This document shows positions 27,801 through 42,800 of a stretch of DNA of 64,000 bases, piece by piece. A program made the position numbers and the translations under genes. The notes under the pieces were generated by a model. That model had not been told where the DNA came from, made no database searches, and saw only the letters and a program-made list of their open reading frames with translations. How positions within the stretch are numbered: the stretch's first letter is position 1; each line of letters opens with the position of its first letter. The stretch is from Ylistrum balloti (taxonomy: Eukaryota), in assembly GCF_031769215.1 (NCBI RefSeq), contig NW_026783003.1, positions 62,001 through 126,000 of the forward strand, read 5' to 3'.

Positions 27801-30800
27801 GCCCAAGAGTCTGCAAATGTCACAGGAACACAGTAGTGAAATGTAAACTGAGCTCACACCAAAACAAAGGACAATCGTGTTAAGTAACACTGTATAATTA
27901 TAACCATTTTAACATTTTTTGGTATTTCAACTATATTTAGTAACAGTGACCTTGTCATTTGACATCAAACTTCTGAAGACAGAAATGAAGGTGGAATGGA
28001 TGGTTGAGTGCAATATATATCCCCTTCGTTGTACTCTAAATCACAGACTTTGAAGAAAAGAGTTTGACATTTTTGTATTCATATTCTACTTGAAGCTAAC
28101 CCACCTGTATATTTTCTGTTTCTGTCTTGCTGATGGTTTTTATGGCCATATAAAACTCAGCACCTGTGGATACATCTTCGTGGCGGAGAGTGATGTGAGT
28201 ATTTTGCCTAGATGAAATGAAGCTGAAGATGTCTGGAGCAGCACTGCCACCTGCCGTACTGGTTAGTCCAAATTCATGGTCAAACACTCCTCCAACAGTG
28301 TCCTCGGCCAGCCAAGAGACAGTCAGACTAGAAGATTTATGTAACATCACTGCAACTGGTGAAGGTGCTCCAGTGCTGTTATCACAAAATGTGTCACCAT
28401 CGACCTCTACCTCTGTCATATTGTCATAACGCTCCCTTGGAAACAGGTCAAGGTCTGACACCACTGTGGCTTTGGCGCTGTGTGTAGAAGTAACATTGTT
28501 ATGATTATAAGTAATTTTTCACTTCTTATTGTCAGATACTGCTCATGCTCTATCACAAATTAAGGCTATTTTCTCAAATATGTTTCCAAACGAAACTAGT
28601 TTTCCTTTCAAAATTTTTACATGGTTATCTTCAAATTTTTTCTTTGGGTTCAATATTACAAAAACTGCTTCTTCACTTCATATCAAACAATCTGTTCAGA
28701 CACTGTTGGCACTGCATCCTGTAATCCATTTATAAGTTCTTACCGACAAGCTGCAGTGGTGGTAGAGAGTTGTCTTAGTGTGCGGTCAGTACCGAGTATC
28801 CATACAGCTGTGGCTCCGGGGTCAGTCACCAGGCCACCTCTGACCATGGCTGTATCCACAGAGATCTCCTTTATTGCTGTTAGGCCACTGTCTATGGTGA
28901 CTCCATCCGAACACACAGGTACAGATGGTTCTAGGGCATGGTTAAAGGCCACCACTGTTACAAAATACACTCCCTGACCAGCAGCTGTATGACTAACATC
29001 AGTGTCAGTCGTTTCTATGACCTAGATAACAGATTAATTTTCTTATGAAACGTTTCTTCCCTTATCAATGTATAAAGTCTAATGTGTGAATAATTACAGC
29101 ACAAAATTGTAAAAGAAAGGCAGTATGGTTCTTTTACTTTAAATTTTCATTTAGAGTACACTCAAGATCACACAAAATGTAAATCTGTAAAATACATCAT
29201 TAGACGCAATCATGATACATAAGTACTACTGAAGAAATATATTATATATTTTGAGTACATACAGTTGGATCAGCCGAATCTAGAACCATGGTTGCCGAGT
29301 CTTGACATGAGGTTGCAAACTTGTACAAATACATCTTAACTCCACTCTCACGGTCAAAAAAGCCTTCCCAGTGTGCACTGAGGCTCAGCGACTGCTGGTA
29401 GTCAACTTCTAGTGACCCACGAACTCCATCGTGGACGACCCCCGTGTGTGGAGGTGACACATCAATTGTAATCTACAACAAAGAGACATGTACTTGGTAC
29501 TATATTATATATGTGTTTTCTTTCCAGGGTTTGAATTATCTCAGTTTTTCTATAAGTATGATGCCAGAGAATTAATGTTTGTGGAAGTCATAAAATGGAT
29601 GACCATTTTTTTACTTATTCTATTTTCATGGTTTTATTCTATCATTGAAAATGGTGAAAAAATAAAACTTATAGTAAACTATGAAAATAAATTTGAAACA
29701 AAGTTTGTAAAATCTTAAATCTAAGTTATTGAAAAAGAAAGTGATGCAGAGAAAAACAGCATATCTGAAAATTAATTTTCGGTACCAATACCTCAAATGA
29801 AAATTGTTTGTCATTGGCATCATTGTGCTGCATTGGTTCTTAATAAAACAAAGTAAAATAACATAATGTTAACAGGAAGAGTACCCACAAGCCCTTGGAA
29901 TCAATATGATGGTATATAAGTGACTTATATTCTTTCAGTGTATGGTTTCAAATTATCAATAATATTGATTTACTTAAGTTACGCTGTTGATGAAGACCTA
30001 CCTTCTTCCTGAGCGTGGTTACAAGTTGAGCAATGTTTGTGACCTGAATCTCGATGTAATAGTCTGAATCATGTTTTCCCGAAGCATGCTCCAGTACCAG
30101 CCCTGCTCCTACTTTGATTTCTGGTTTTACCGCGAAGTGTTGATGGAAACATCCCTGATATGGTGTACAATAACAGTCTCCTGGATTTCCACCATAAGTG
30201 GCCTGACAGGCAGAGAGATCCTGTACAAAAAGTATCAGTGTGTTGTAAATAAAATTAATTTTTTATTAAACAAAGATAATAACTACTCCCTGATGTTATA
30301 AATCTCAACATTTCCTAAGTTTAAAATAAGAATGGAAATTATCAGTCATTAAACCCGCCACTGCCTTCAGAGCTTGAGGTCTGGAAATACCGACTTGTTG
30401 CTTGAAGCAAGTACATGTAGTACCAAGATGTCAGTCAATGTTGAGTGTGACTGGCTACTTATGTACAAAGGCCAAAAAGATTTCTCTTTTCTTTATGATT
30501 TATTGTCTCATTGTCATGACTGTAACATTGTTTTTCTTTGCATACTATCTGCTGGTCAAAATCTTCACACTCAGCAGTGGTCCCTACTCCTACAATATTT
30601 TTGAAGTCTCTATGAAATTAGCCCAAAGGAGACCCTGAAACTGTTTGGGTTAACTTGGTATAGACAAGAAGAAATGATAGCTGAAGATTAGTGCTATAGT
30701 CCTGTAACTTTTGATTTTCTTTTTCAGTCTTTTTAACATACATCTGCCCGTTGTGAGATGAGATCCTCATGGCCATGCTGTATAACCGTCTCTGTGTAGT

Positions 30801-33800
30801 TATCATAAAGTTTCCAATATAGACTGTCTATACCACTATGGAAGTCGTAGCTCTCCCATTCAATCCTGAAAAAGTATACAGCATTCATTACAACACCACA
30901 AGGCATCTGTCAAAAAGTTAAAACACAGATCATCTATCACATAGCAATTACAACACAACAGGGCACCTGACAAACAGTAGTTACAACACATCAGGGCACC
31001 AATTTAGTAATTAGTTATATCAGGGCAGCAATCAATTAATCCTAATACAGTGAAATCCACTCATGTTCTTTTTGTCAGGGGAAGATGTGATGATAAGCAG
31101 AATATGACATCAACATCAACATCTGATACATTTTTTCAGGCGTGTAAACCCATTAGTAAATTTTCAGATTCACCAAATTGACTTGTTTCTAACAGAAATT
31201 GTTTGGAGATGATGAAATTGAAATTTGATTTGTTTTTCCAATATAAACAATGATTTGATTTGACTTTTGTTTATTTATTCTTTGAAATATCTAAATTGCA
31301 ATCATAATTATTGTGAACGATCACGACAGATTCGTACATGACACTACCATATCATTCATCAGCTGACATATTGCTGTATGATTTATCCATCCATTACTGT
31401 ATAGGCTACATAATGGTGTATCATTGCAAAGTTGGTACATATACAGTATGTAGCTATGCAACTTTGATAAAATGTGTTCTGATGATAGCTACTCGATCCT
31501 TGCCGACAAAAATAGTGTAACTGTTCACCTTTGAAATGCCACATTTCATTGGTTGTTAAATTAGTGGTAATTTTTTTAATGGCCAATCAGATGTCATGAA
31601 ACACTGCATAGGGAAAACTATGTTTCAAAAACATTTTACTTTCACTTTATCAGTGCTTGCGCTAATTCAGGCAATAAATGATTTGATGAAATTTTAAAGC
31701 GTCAACATTATGATATGACCTATTCAGTTTCCAATCTTCATTTCATATGATACACTTTTTCCCTAAACAAAAATGAACACAATATGAGAAAAGACGTAAG
31801 CGGCCCAGTGAAGCTTTTTGGGGCATGTAATGAAATTGATACCAGTATGCATACTAAAGACTTATTTTCAAGAAGTTTCGGCAGCAAATCGGCTCCCACT
31901 CCAACATTGGCTCCGACATTATCAGATGTTGAATTACATAAAATATAAAGGTAACAAGAGTGCCATGGACACAATATACGCTGCCACGAAATATAAAGAT
32001 CAAGATTGGTCCTTTTAATTATCACTTTTAACAAATCTGTATCATAAGTCTTACAAAAATCGATGAACCGTAAAATCGCCCCTTCATGCACATCGAACCA
32101 TTATATAAGTGACATTGAGCAAGTTTTATGAAAATCTGATATTAGTTTAGGAGGAGTTGCGTTCACAAAGCTCCACTATCAGCAAGCTACAGATACAAAG
32201 TTGAAAATGGCATAAATCAACGAACCAAAAAATCACCCCTTCACGCACATCTACCCATTGCAGTAGTAACATTGAGCAAGTTTCATGAAAATCTGATGAT
32301 TAGTTTAGGAGGAGTTGCGTTCACAAGAAATGGACATAAGGACGGACATACGGACGGACGGACAAACAGAGAAGATGACGCCAATATACGACCGCCCCTG
32401 GTTGCGTAAAAAAAATCTGTTTCAAGAAAACCTGAAATTAACCAAAAAGTGATATTAACAGATGTGATATGAAATGGGTTCCAATGTATTGCATGGAACC
32501 AATCAACACCTGTATGTAAGGGAATATTGTGTAAAACCTCAATTATACCAATAATATCATCGAGGTCAACAACTCAATGATGAGAGATACTTACATCATT
32601 GTTGTGAAGTCCTCTAAACTGTGCACAGACAGGTTGGTACGACCTCCACGAGTAAGCCATAGATCTCGTATCACTGGTGCTGTATTATCCCGAAAGACGG
32701 TCAGCATAACATCGTCATACTTTTCCATGACATCAATGGCTCGCACTGTGACATTTAGTTTATCCCCATCATCCCAGTTTACTGTCAGCGAAGTACTTTG
32801 GTCATGAATGTTTGGTCTGATGGTGGTGAATTCCTGTGAGTCTTTTAATACATCACCACCTGTGTATACCTCGAAGGATACCCAGAAATCAACCACACCT
32901 GGATAAAGTATCAATACACCCATTTAATAGGAAAACACTGAAACAGTGGTTATGAATTTTGTAAAGGAATTGCATTTTATGGCATGCCACAGCTTTAAGA
33001 ATAACGAAATCATGCTAAAACAAAACTAGAACTGTCACCAGGATGGCCAACTAATACACCGTTCTCTCAAATCAACAAAAGTTTTGGAGAGGTTGTCCCA
33101 TCAAAAAACTTGCACGAGGCCTTCGTTTGGTAACCATTTGTCGAAAATGCTATTATTAGGGCTTTCCACACAACCTATTGTTTTTGTTATGTTTCTTATT
33201 ATTCTTCTTCTGTATTTTGTGGGTTCGTAATCTTTTAAACTGTAAAAGCTAGACATACTGTCTATTCACCTATTTGTAGATACGTATATGAAGTTGTCGA
33301 TGCCGATTTTTTAAGTAGGTCAAAAATCCAATATGGCCACCATGACGTCATAAGTTAAAAACTTAAAAATGGCAATATCTCGAAAACCGTTGATTGTACA
33401 GAGTTTGTGCAATAATATTATTTGTAGAGAATTTTCATATCTAAGTTTTTGTCAGCCATATTAATACAAAATGTGTCAAATAAAAAAGCTTGCTGTGGGG
33501 TAAAGTTTTCAAAATTTAACAAATTTTTTCTTTTTCTTTTTTCCAATTTTGAATTTTCTTGAAATTGTCTTCTTCAGATCGATGCAGAACATCCTTCCGA
33601 TGAATTTAATGTTTTGTTTTTCGGTAGATTGTCACCAAAGAAGTGGAAAGCCCGCAAAATTGTTAGCCACAATTTCCAGTTGTATTTGTCATCTCCTACA
33701 CCTTTTTATACCAATTTTCAACTTAATCAGCTAATATCTTAATTTTGACCAATCTGAAGCAGTTTTGGAACACCTTATATGTCAAATTACCGGCTATAAT

Positions 33801-36800
33801 AAGGTGTAGCATTAGATCATATATAAATGAAAAGTGAAAGGGCACAACAACATATCATAGAGATGTAGTATGCCAAGTTTGAGAAATATTGCTTCAGTAC
33901 TTTAATAGGCATAACTCTACCAAAATGTTGTCAAAATTTAATAGCATAAGGATGTAGTATGCCAAGTTCTGAGATACTGCTTCAGTACTTTTTTTAGATA
34001 CATATGACACAATCTACAATATTAAAATGTTAAATCAATATTTTGGGTATCCTATACATACCATTCACATGGTCTATTGCTGCTGTGGTCCTGTTACCAA
34101 ATCTGTCATCATAATTATTGTCAACATCTGTATAGGGCCTGATAGCGTTCAGCCATTGGTTGTCTTTGTGTCGCTGGTTGATGAAAAGGTCCGTCCACAT
34201 GACATCCACAGTATTTGTATCCCTGACTACCCAAGCATAGCTAGTGTTGGAGGAGGCTGTGGTAACACGTGCATATTTGTCTGCCAGTTTCTCCACCTCA
34301 GACATGTTGTCAAATAGCATCACCTTCCTGGCACTCTGGAGGTTTCCTGCTCTGTCAATCACATGCAGCAGCAACATGTACATGCCTGGTGTTGTCAAGG
34401 CGAAAGTTGCCTGGAAAGAAAATTGAAAAGGACAATATGAAATTCTGTAAAAAAACTTTATAAACTGAATTGTTTTCAAACAGCTATCCAATGTGTGAGA
34501 ACAACTAAATTGTAAGTAAATAGGTAAGACTGATCCTCAAAGATCTGTCACAAAACTGTTCTTACTCTCAGTAAATCTATTTAAAGGAACACAATTTGAT
34601 AACTATAAATTGCTGATGTGGTGATATAGCTTGATTTCTTTACTAATTTGTCAATGAGACTCCAACATATGAAAATTTCCATTTTTTCAGTTTTCGATTT
34701 TGGAAAGGAATACTCAAATCATTTTCATTAATCTATACAGGCATCATACCGAGCTTTGGCTGGTTGGCATTACAACAGGCATGTTGGGAAGGAGCGCATC
34801 TTCTATTATAAGCCCTTGAGAAATCCTTGTGGTGAAGACTTCATACTCATATTTGTCTAGACCTGACAAATCATCTGCCCAACCATCCCAGCTGAAGGTG
34901 ATCGACGGCTGTAACAATATTAAACCATTATATCAGGTGAACATAAAACCATGATTTCTTTTAAGGTGGTATACACTCCGAAAATCAGTATGCACACTAA
35001 GTAAAGCAAACCTGTTTACAAAGTCTCCATCAATGATTGTTTAAGATTATGAAATAGTCTTCCAAGGTATCCACAGGATACACAGTAACTCATTACACTT
35101 ACATCAATAATGAAAAAGTAAGTGGAGACTCATTTAATTGCCGAGGTAGGACCTGGTGACTCATTTAATTAATGAGGTATGGCATGGTGACATTTTATTA
35201 CCGAGATAGGGCATGGTAACACATTTATTTGATGACACTGGGAGTGGTGATTCATCATCAATGCAGAAAGTTGTGACTCATGTCACTTACACTGATGCTG
35301 ACACAGGAAATATTGACTCATTTCACTTTCCTTCAATGTGAGAAAGGAATTGATGAATCATTTTATTTGCATGCTGGAAAGTTTTAACACAAGTAGGGAC
35401 AGGTGACAAAATTCACATACATCAATGATGAGTTGGGAAGTGGTGGCTCATTTCATTGGTGAAGTAGGGACAGGTGACAAAATTCACATACATCAATGAT
35501 GAGTTGGGAGGTGGTGACACATTTCATTGGTGAAGTAGGGACAGGTGACAAAATTCACGTACATCAATGATGAGTTGGGAAGTGGTGGCTCATTTCATTG
35601 GTGAAGTAGGGAGAGGTGACAAAATTCACATACTTCAATGATGAGTTGGGAAGTGGTGACTCATTTCATTTCATTGGGGAGGTAGGGAGAGGTGACAAAA
35701 TTCACATACATCAATGGTGAGACAGGAGGTGGTAACTCATTTCATTGGTGAAGTAGGGAGAGGTGACAAAATTCACTTACATCAATGGAGAGGTAGGAGT
35801 GAACGAATCAGTGAGTTGCTCCAAATTATTCATGATACTGAATGTTTGTGAGGTGTGATAAAATAACCCATTACACTTACATCCTCTGTAAGATCTGGTG
35901 CACTGACAGCCTGACCACAAGAAGTGCCCCCACTCCGGGCACAGGCATGATATGGCAGCTCCATGTCAAAATGGTACATAAACTGCCGAGAGTGGGTCTT
36001 TCCTTTCAACTTAAACAAGGTTTGGGCATACGAGTTTTCACGATGTAAAATTCTCACATACCCTCCATTTCTGACGGACATATCAAAGTAAAGCCTGTGA
36101 AAACAGAGTTATCTTTATAGATTGTTGTTGACTTAACTCAACAAGTACATAAAATAATATTCAAGTATCCAATGCTTTTAAAATCAATTTTCAATAATTG
36201 CCAATATTATGTTAACTAGCCATGCTGAGAGGTGATAATTGAGGTTTGTCTTGGAAAAATATTTACAGTAAAATGTTCTTGAGGGATGAATTTTGTTGAT
36301 TTCATGGGTACTTTTAATCAACGAATTACTATGCCAATGAACTTTTGAAATTAGCAGAAGTAGATTTATTTCGTTATATCTGTCCATAAAATCAAGAATC
36401 CACAAAATAGTATTGTTTGAAAAAAACCACAAAAAATGAGTCGAACAAAAGTTAATGATTCTATAGTACTAGACAAACTTTGTTAAACAGATATATCTCT
36501 TTTTTTCCCATCTGGAAGAATTTGGAGGCTATACAATATTTAGTCAGGTAATGGAACTAAACAAAATATCTTAAATAACAGATTTGTGGTGAATAGATAA
36601 AAATTAAAATTCAAAATTGAATTTTAATTATATTAAACAACCCTGAGCTGCTTGTTAACTCAAATAGGTAGACATATTTACCTATCATTATGCATGAAGT
36701 TACTCCAAGCGTGAAACGTTATATCTTGGGAACATGTGTATGTATCTGTTGATGGATTCATATCTGAACCCTGACAATTCCTCAAGTAATACGGCCAAAC

Positions 36801-39800
36801 GGCGGTCGATCCTACAATAAAGTGATCACAGAAATAACTATTTCTTTGCTTGAAGCTGATAAATATAATCATCACATAATCTACCTATCATCAAGTGAAA
36901 ATAAGTCGTGAATTGAAAATGGGATTTGTTTTCTTTTCATACAAGATTTTACAAAAAACTGTCCTCGTCAAGACTGGTCCTATAAAATCTCAAGAAATGA
37001 AAACTGATTTAAGCTCCAACAAGGACACAGTCATTAAGATCCCCTGCACATGTTCATTTGTAAAATATAGACATTTAAAGTGAGTAACATGGAAAACTGG
37101 AAAAGATATCAGCCAATCAGGTTATAGCAGCCTCATTAAATATGCACAGAATTTGCCAATAACTAAATTAGAACAAAGGGTTAAGGTAACAAGTCTACCA
37201 AACAAGTCTCATCATGATTCATTTGTTCCTTCAAAAGATAATGTGCGGAAAGCGTTCAGTTAGAGTGCCAAAAGATATTGGCCAATCAGGTCACAGCAGT
37301 CTCATTAAACATGCTTAGAATTTGCCAATAATCGAACCTGAACAAGGAATTAAGGTAATAAGTCTACTGAGCAAGTTTCCTATAAATCCTACAAGTCCTT
37401 CAAAAGATGTCATGCAGAAAACAGCATCCAAGAGTGATTAAAGTAATCAGCTAATCAGGTCACACCAACCTCATTAAATAAGTGCAGAATTTGATGTTAA
37501 TCAAATGTGGACAAGGGATTTAAGTTACAAGTGTACCAAACAAGTTTTGTCAAAATCTGGCCTGTCCTTCAAAAGATTTCATGTGGAAAGCAGCATCTGC
37601 ACAGCCAGAACCTATCTGAATATCTCCTGTCAACTTTGTTGGGATAATAAATCTGTAACAGCAGTAGCAATTTATGCTACAGTGTGTCACAATTGCTGTG
37701 TACAAAATGTTTCACTAAACTGGAAAATTGCTGATTACAGTGTTGCCAACTCCGAATCATCCCTAACACTTCAAAATCAAGGGTGGAAGGGCATTTCAAA
37801 GGGTCATCAAGGAAAGAAACCTTATAATAAAGTCTTTTATACAAGTTATCAAATTCTCATTGTATTTAGACACTGTTATGTCATTAACATTTGGTATTTT
37901 CTAAAAACCAATAAAAAGTGAAAAATATCAGGTGTTTTACAACGTTTTTCCTGATATGGCCATGCAATAGCAGTTTGACAAGATGAAATCAAATGAGTTG
38001 ACAACACTGTAGTTTATCCATGTAAGCAGTGATGAAACTAACTTTAAGAACCATCAGAAACATGATCTATTTCTGGTTCATGCAATAAACTCCTGTACCT
38101 TACTATTGCCAGAACTTACAATTTATAAAATATGAAGTCTGTTATATAAAAAAAAAGTTAAATGGCTTTGGATTGATCTTGTGTTGAGACTCAACTTACC
38201 TCTATACAAGGAGAATTTGATATCACCACCAATAATACCATACTGAAAGTCTGTGACATAATGGGTGGACCCATCACTAGACGGGGATGGAGGAAGGTCA
38301 GCTACTGGGACATCCACCTTGAACACACCGGTGAAGTGGGCACTGACACGATTTATCAGCCTGTTATTGGTCCAGACAGTGGGCATAGGGTCGGCATAGG
38401 CAGCATTTTGATCTGCAGGGTTCTCCACTGTCCTACCGTTCAGGTCATGCAGAACTGCTTGCTGGTCAGTAATGGCGGGAGCATCAATGACTGATAAACA
38501 CAAACAGGAATCAATGTTATCTATATACACAATGTGCAACATACCAAGATGACACACCATGTTGACCTTTTTGAGGAATATTCACATCAGACATTTACAA
38601 ATATTATCTGGTAACGGCTGTTCCAGTAAAACATCTATCTCACCCAAAGTCTGTTTTCTTTGAGGTACTACCCATAGAATTTAATTAATAACTTTGTTAG
38701 AAGTAAGAGACAGGACACTGCACCATGAGAAGTGATTTAACAATCCTGTGGTCAAGTAAATGTTTTACTGGAATAGGCATAAGCCTATATGTTCATTTTT
38801 TATATCAATAGGTACATACAGTGACCATGGCCAGATGTGACAGCTGTAGCTTAGGATAGAAACTGCTTCCAACATCCTATTATATACTTGATTCTTAATT
38901 AGTATGTAGTAGAACAAAACTATAGGCTACTGTAGTCAGATTTACACAGGTAATGTATAACAAATATTCTGTCATTGTTTAATGTTATGTTCAGTAACAT
39001 TCCTATAAAGGCACACAATCTTCCAATCAAATTTGGTGGGAATATGCAAACTTACTCTCATCACAATGGTGACCTGTAAATCCCTGCATGCATACACAAC
39101 TATCGGATGTCTCTGATGAACACTTGCCAGGGTAACAGCGTGTACTGTCTGACCGCCATGAACATGCCTCTGTCAACATGAAAAATTTGTGGTAATTAAA
39201 GAAACACAGAAATATCAAAAATGAGTTTAAACACACCTTTTCACTATGCTCAATTGAAATAAATTTCGTTCGCTTTTAACAATGTTGAACAAGTCAACTT
39301 TTTTCAATTCTGAAACTTGCAAATAAGCACCCTGCCTACCATATTCTACCCACTACATGAAAGTATCAAAAATCATTAAAATACTCAGAAATTTGAGGGT
39401 TGGAGGTATGGGGTGTTACCGTTACATTACAGGTAGCAGTAAAATTGCTCTGGTAAAGTTGTAATTACCAGGGATAATAATTACACTGTAGTAATCTTCT
39501 GCTGGTGGGGAATCAGATTATAACTGGCTCAAAAACCCTAGGTTATGTATAAAGATGAGTACTATGCTGACCAGGATGTTGTGTCCAGAGCCCATAAATG
39601 GGGGAGGGGCACATATAGGAACATGGGCTCTTAACAGATCAAATATGGTAATAATGTATTGAAAAGAGAGTGGCATATGTATGGTCTTAAGAGTTACAAG
39701 AATTGACAGGCTTTAGGCAATTGTGGAAAGTTTAACATCACACCACTTAACCACACAACTCATCCAACACCTTCCCAATGTCACATGTATACAATTTTTA

Positions 39801-42800
39801 AGACGAGAATATTACTATGTGTACAATTCTTAATTCCTTAAGCTGGTAAAGCAAGAAATTCAATTATTTTGAAAAGCTGAAAATAATGATATTGTTGAAA
39901 ACAAATGTTACACACGTTTGCAGCTCTTTTTTCCATCAGTAGCAGAGGTGTACGCCCGCCAGTACTGCTCCTCTCTAATCTCCCCATCACAGTAGGCACA
40001 AATGTTGTCCCAGGGAGACGTACACTTTCTATGCAGGCAGTGGTCAATCTTTGGACAAACTGAAAACAGAATATCATACAATTATTTCTATTGTTGCACA
40101 CAATGCTTACCTGTTGTACCCATTGATATTGTTTTGTTATTGTTCACATATACCTGTTGTAAGCATGGTTTACTTGTCGTTTTCCGTGACCTGCTTTTCT
40201 CATTGTTTACCTGTCATTGTTGTTTTTCATTTACCTTTTATGAATATTGCTTAACTGTTGTACCCATTGACATTGTTTTGCTATTGTTCTCATATACCTG
40301 TTGTAAGCATTGTTTACTTGTCGTTTTTTACGTGACCTGCTTTTCTCATTGTTTACCTGTCATTGTTGTTTTTCATTTACCTTTTATGAATATTGCTTAA
40401 CTGTTGTACCCATTGACATTGTTTTGCTATTGTTCTCATATACCTGTTGTAAGCATTGTTTACTTGTCGTTTTCCGTGACCTGCTTTTCTCATTGTTTAC
40501 CTGTCATTGTTGTTTTTCATTTACCTTTTATGAATATTGCTTACCTGTTGTACCCATTGACATTGTTTTGCTATTGTTCTCATATACCAGTTGTAAGCAT
40601 TGTTTACTTGTCGTTTTCCGTGACCTGCTTTTCTCATTGTTTACCTGTCATTGTTGTTTTTCATTTACCTTTTATGAATATTGCTTAACTGTTGTACCCA
40701 TTGACATTGTTTTGCTATTGTTCTCATATACCTGTTGTAAGCATTGTTTACTTGTCGTTTTCCGTGACCTGCTTTTCTCATTGTTTACCTGTCATTGTTG
40801 TTTTTCATTTACCTTTTATGAATATTGCTTACCTGTTGTACCCATTGACATTGTTTTGCTATTGTTCTCATATACCAGTTGTAAGCATTGTTTAGTTGTC
40901 GTTTTCCGTGACCTGCTTTTCTCATTGTTTACCTGTCATTGTTGTTTTTCATTTACCTTTTATGAATATTGCTTAACTGTTGTACCCATTGACATTGTTT
41001 TGCTATTGTTCTCATATACCTGTTGTAAGCATTGTTTACTTGTCGTTTTCCGTGACCTGCTTTTCTCGTTGATTACCTGTCATTGTTGTTTTTCATTTAC
41101 CTTTTATGAATATTGCTTACCTGTTGTACCCATTGACATTGTTTTGCTATTGTTCTCATATACCAGTTGTAAGCATTGTTTACTTGTCGTTTTCCGTGAC
41201 CTGCTTTTCTCATTGTTTACCTGTCATTGTTGTTTTTCATTTACCTTTTATGAATATTGCTTAACTGTTGTACCCATTGACATTGTTTTGCTATTGTTCT
41301 CATATACCTGTTGTAAGCATTGTTTACTTGTCGTTTTCCGTGACCTGCTTTTCTCATTGTTTACCTGTCATTGTTGTTTTTCATTTACCTTTTATGAATA
41401 TTGCTTAACTGTTGTACCCATTGACATTGTTTTGCTATTGTTCTCATATACCTGTTGTAAGCATTGTTTACTTGTCGTTTTCCGTTACCTGCTTTTCTCA
41501 TTGTTTACCTGTCATTGTTGTTTTTCATTTACCTTTTATGAATATTGCTTAACTGTTGTACCCATTGACATTGTTTTGCTATTGTTCTCATATACCTGTT
41601 GTAAGCATGGTTTACTTGTCGTTTTCCGTGACCTGCTTTTCTCATTGTTTACCTGTCATTGTTGTTTTTCATTTACCTTTTATGAATATTGCTTAACTGT
41701 TGTACCCATTGACATTGTTTTGCTATTGTTCTCATATACCTGTTGTAAGCATTGTTTACTTGTCGTTTTCCGTGACCTGTTTTTCTCATTGTTTACCTGT
41801 TGGACTCATTATTTACTTGTATCCAATGTTTGCTGTTTAATTTGGTTGTTTTCCCCTGTTGACAAGACTATACTCACTATCACACATGCCACCGTTGGCG
41901 TAGAATCCATCATTACAGCTGGAACACTGGTCAGGAGCAGTACAAGTACCTCCACTATGTCTCTGTCTCACGCCAGATCGGTACTGTATGTAGTCATTCC
42001 TATAATACTGTGTACATGCACCTCCATCACCCGGATTTATCCGCTTGTTACAAATGGCTGTGGAAAAAAAAGTTTGGTTTGTGGGAATATTCAAACACTC
42101 AAAAGGCCCTGCTTTTAAAAACAATTAAAGAGGTAAAGAAAGATCTCTGAAACAATTTAAGGAAAATTCCAAGATGGCATTAGCTGCACTTCCTGGAAAA
42201 AATTGAACTTCCACCTAATGAATAGTGTAAAAATGAAAAGCAGATAAATAGCATCTTTCTACACAAATTTAGATAAAAAAACTGCCTCATACAGCTGTTT
42301 TGTCCTTCTAAGAAATCTAGGAGGCGAATGTGAGCAAGATAAAAAGTGATCAAAGAAATGTCAAAAGAGGTACACTAACCCCAAAATTCAATCAATTTCA
42401 ATAACGCAAAATCTAAAAAAATATATATTGATAAGTACATGTGTATATATCTTCTTATAAAATGAATCCTGTTTTTATATCAACATTCAAACAATATGCT
42501 ACCATCGTGTTCAATCCATGAAATAATTTCTAAGTCTTTAAAGGAAGGACAAATGCCAACATAAAAGGTAAGTTTGCATGACTTCCATTTCAGGAATTTA
42601 ATCCAACAACTGTGGAAAGCAACAAACACAGGGCTATGATCAAACTTTTCATATTTTTCCTAAATATTCTTTCCTTTTAATGATATGTCCTTACCATGGT
42701 TGCAGTTTGTGAAATCGTCATACCAGTTCTGGTATCCGTTACAGCAGAAGTAATTGTAAATTGTCTTATCTCTGTGAACAAAGAAGCAAATTATTATCAG

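Noticed and set aside
40310-42118. 602-aa + strand ORF as a real gene
   Set aside because: Almost entirely the 144-bp intronic repeat (48-aa period); its tail is antisense to exon 4; no credible start context.
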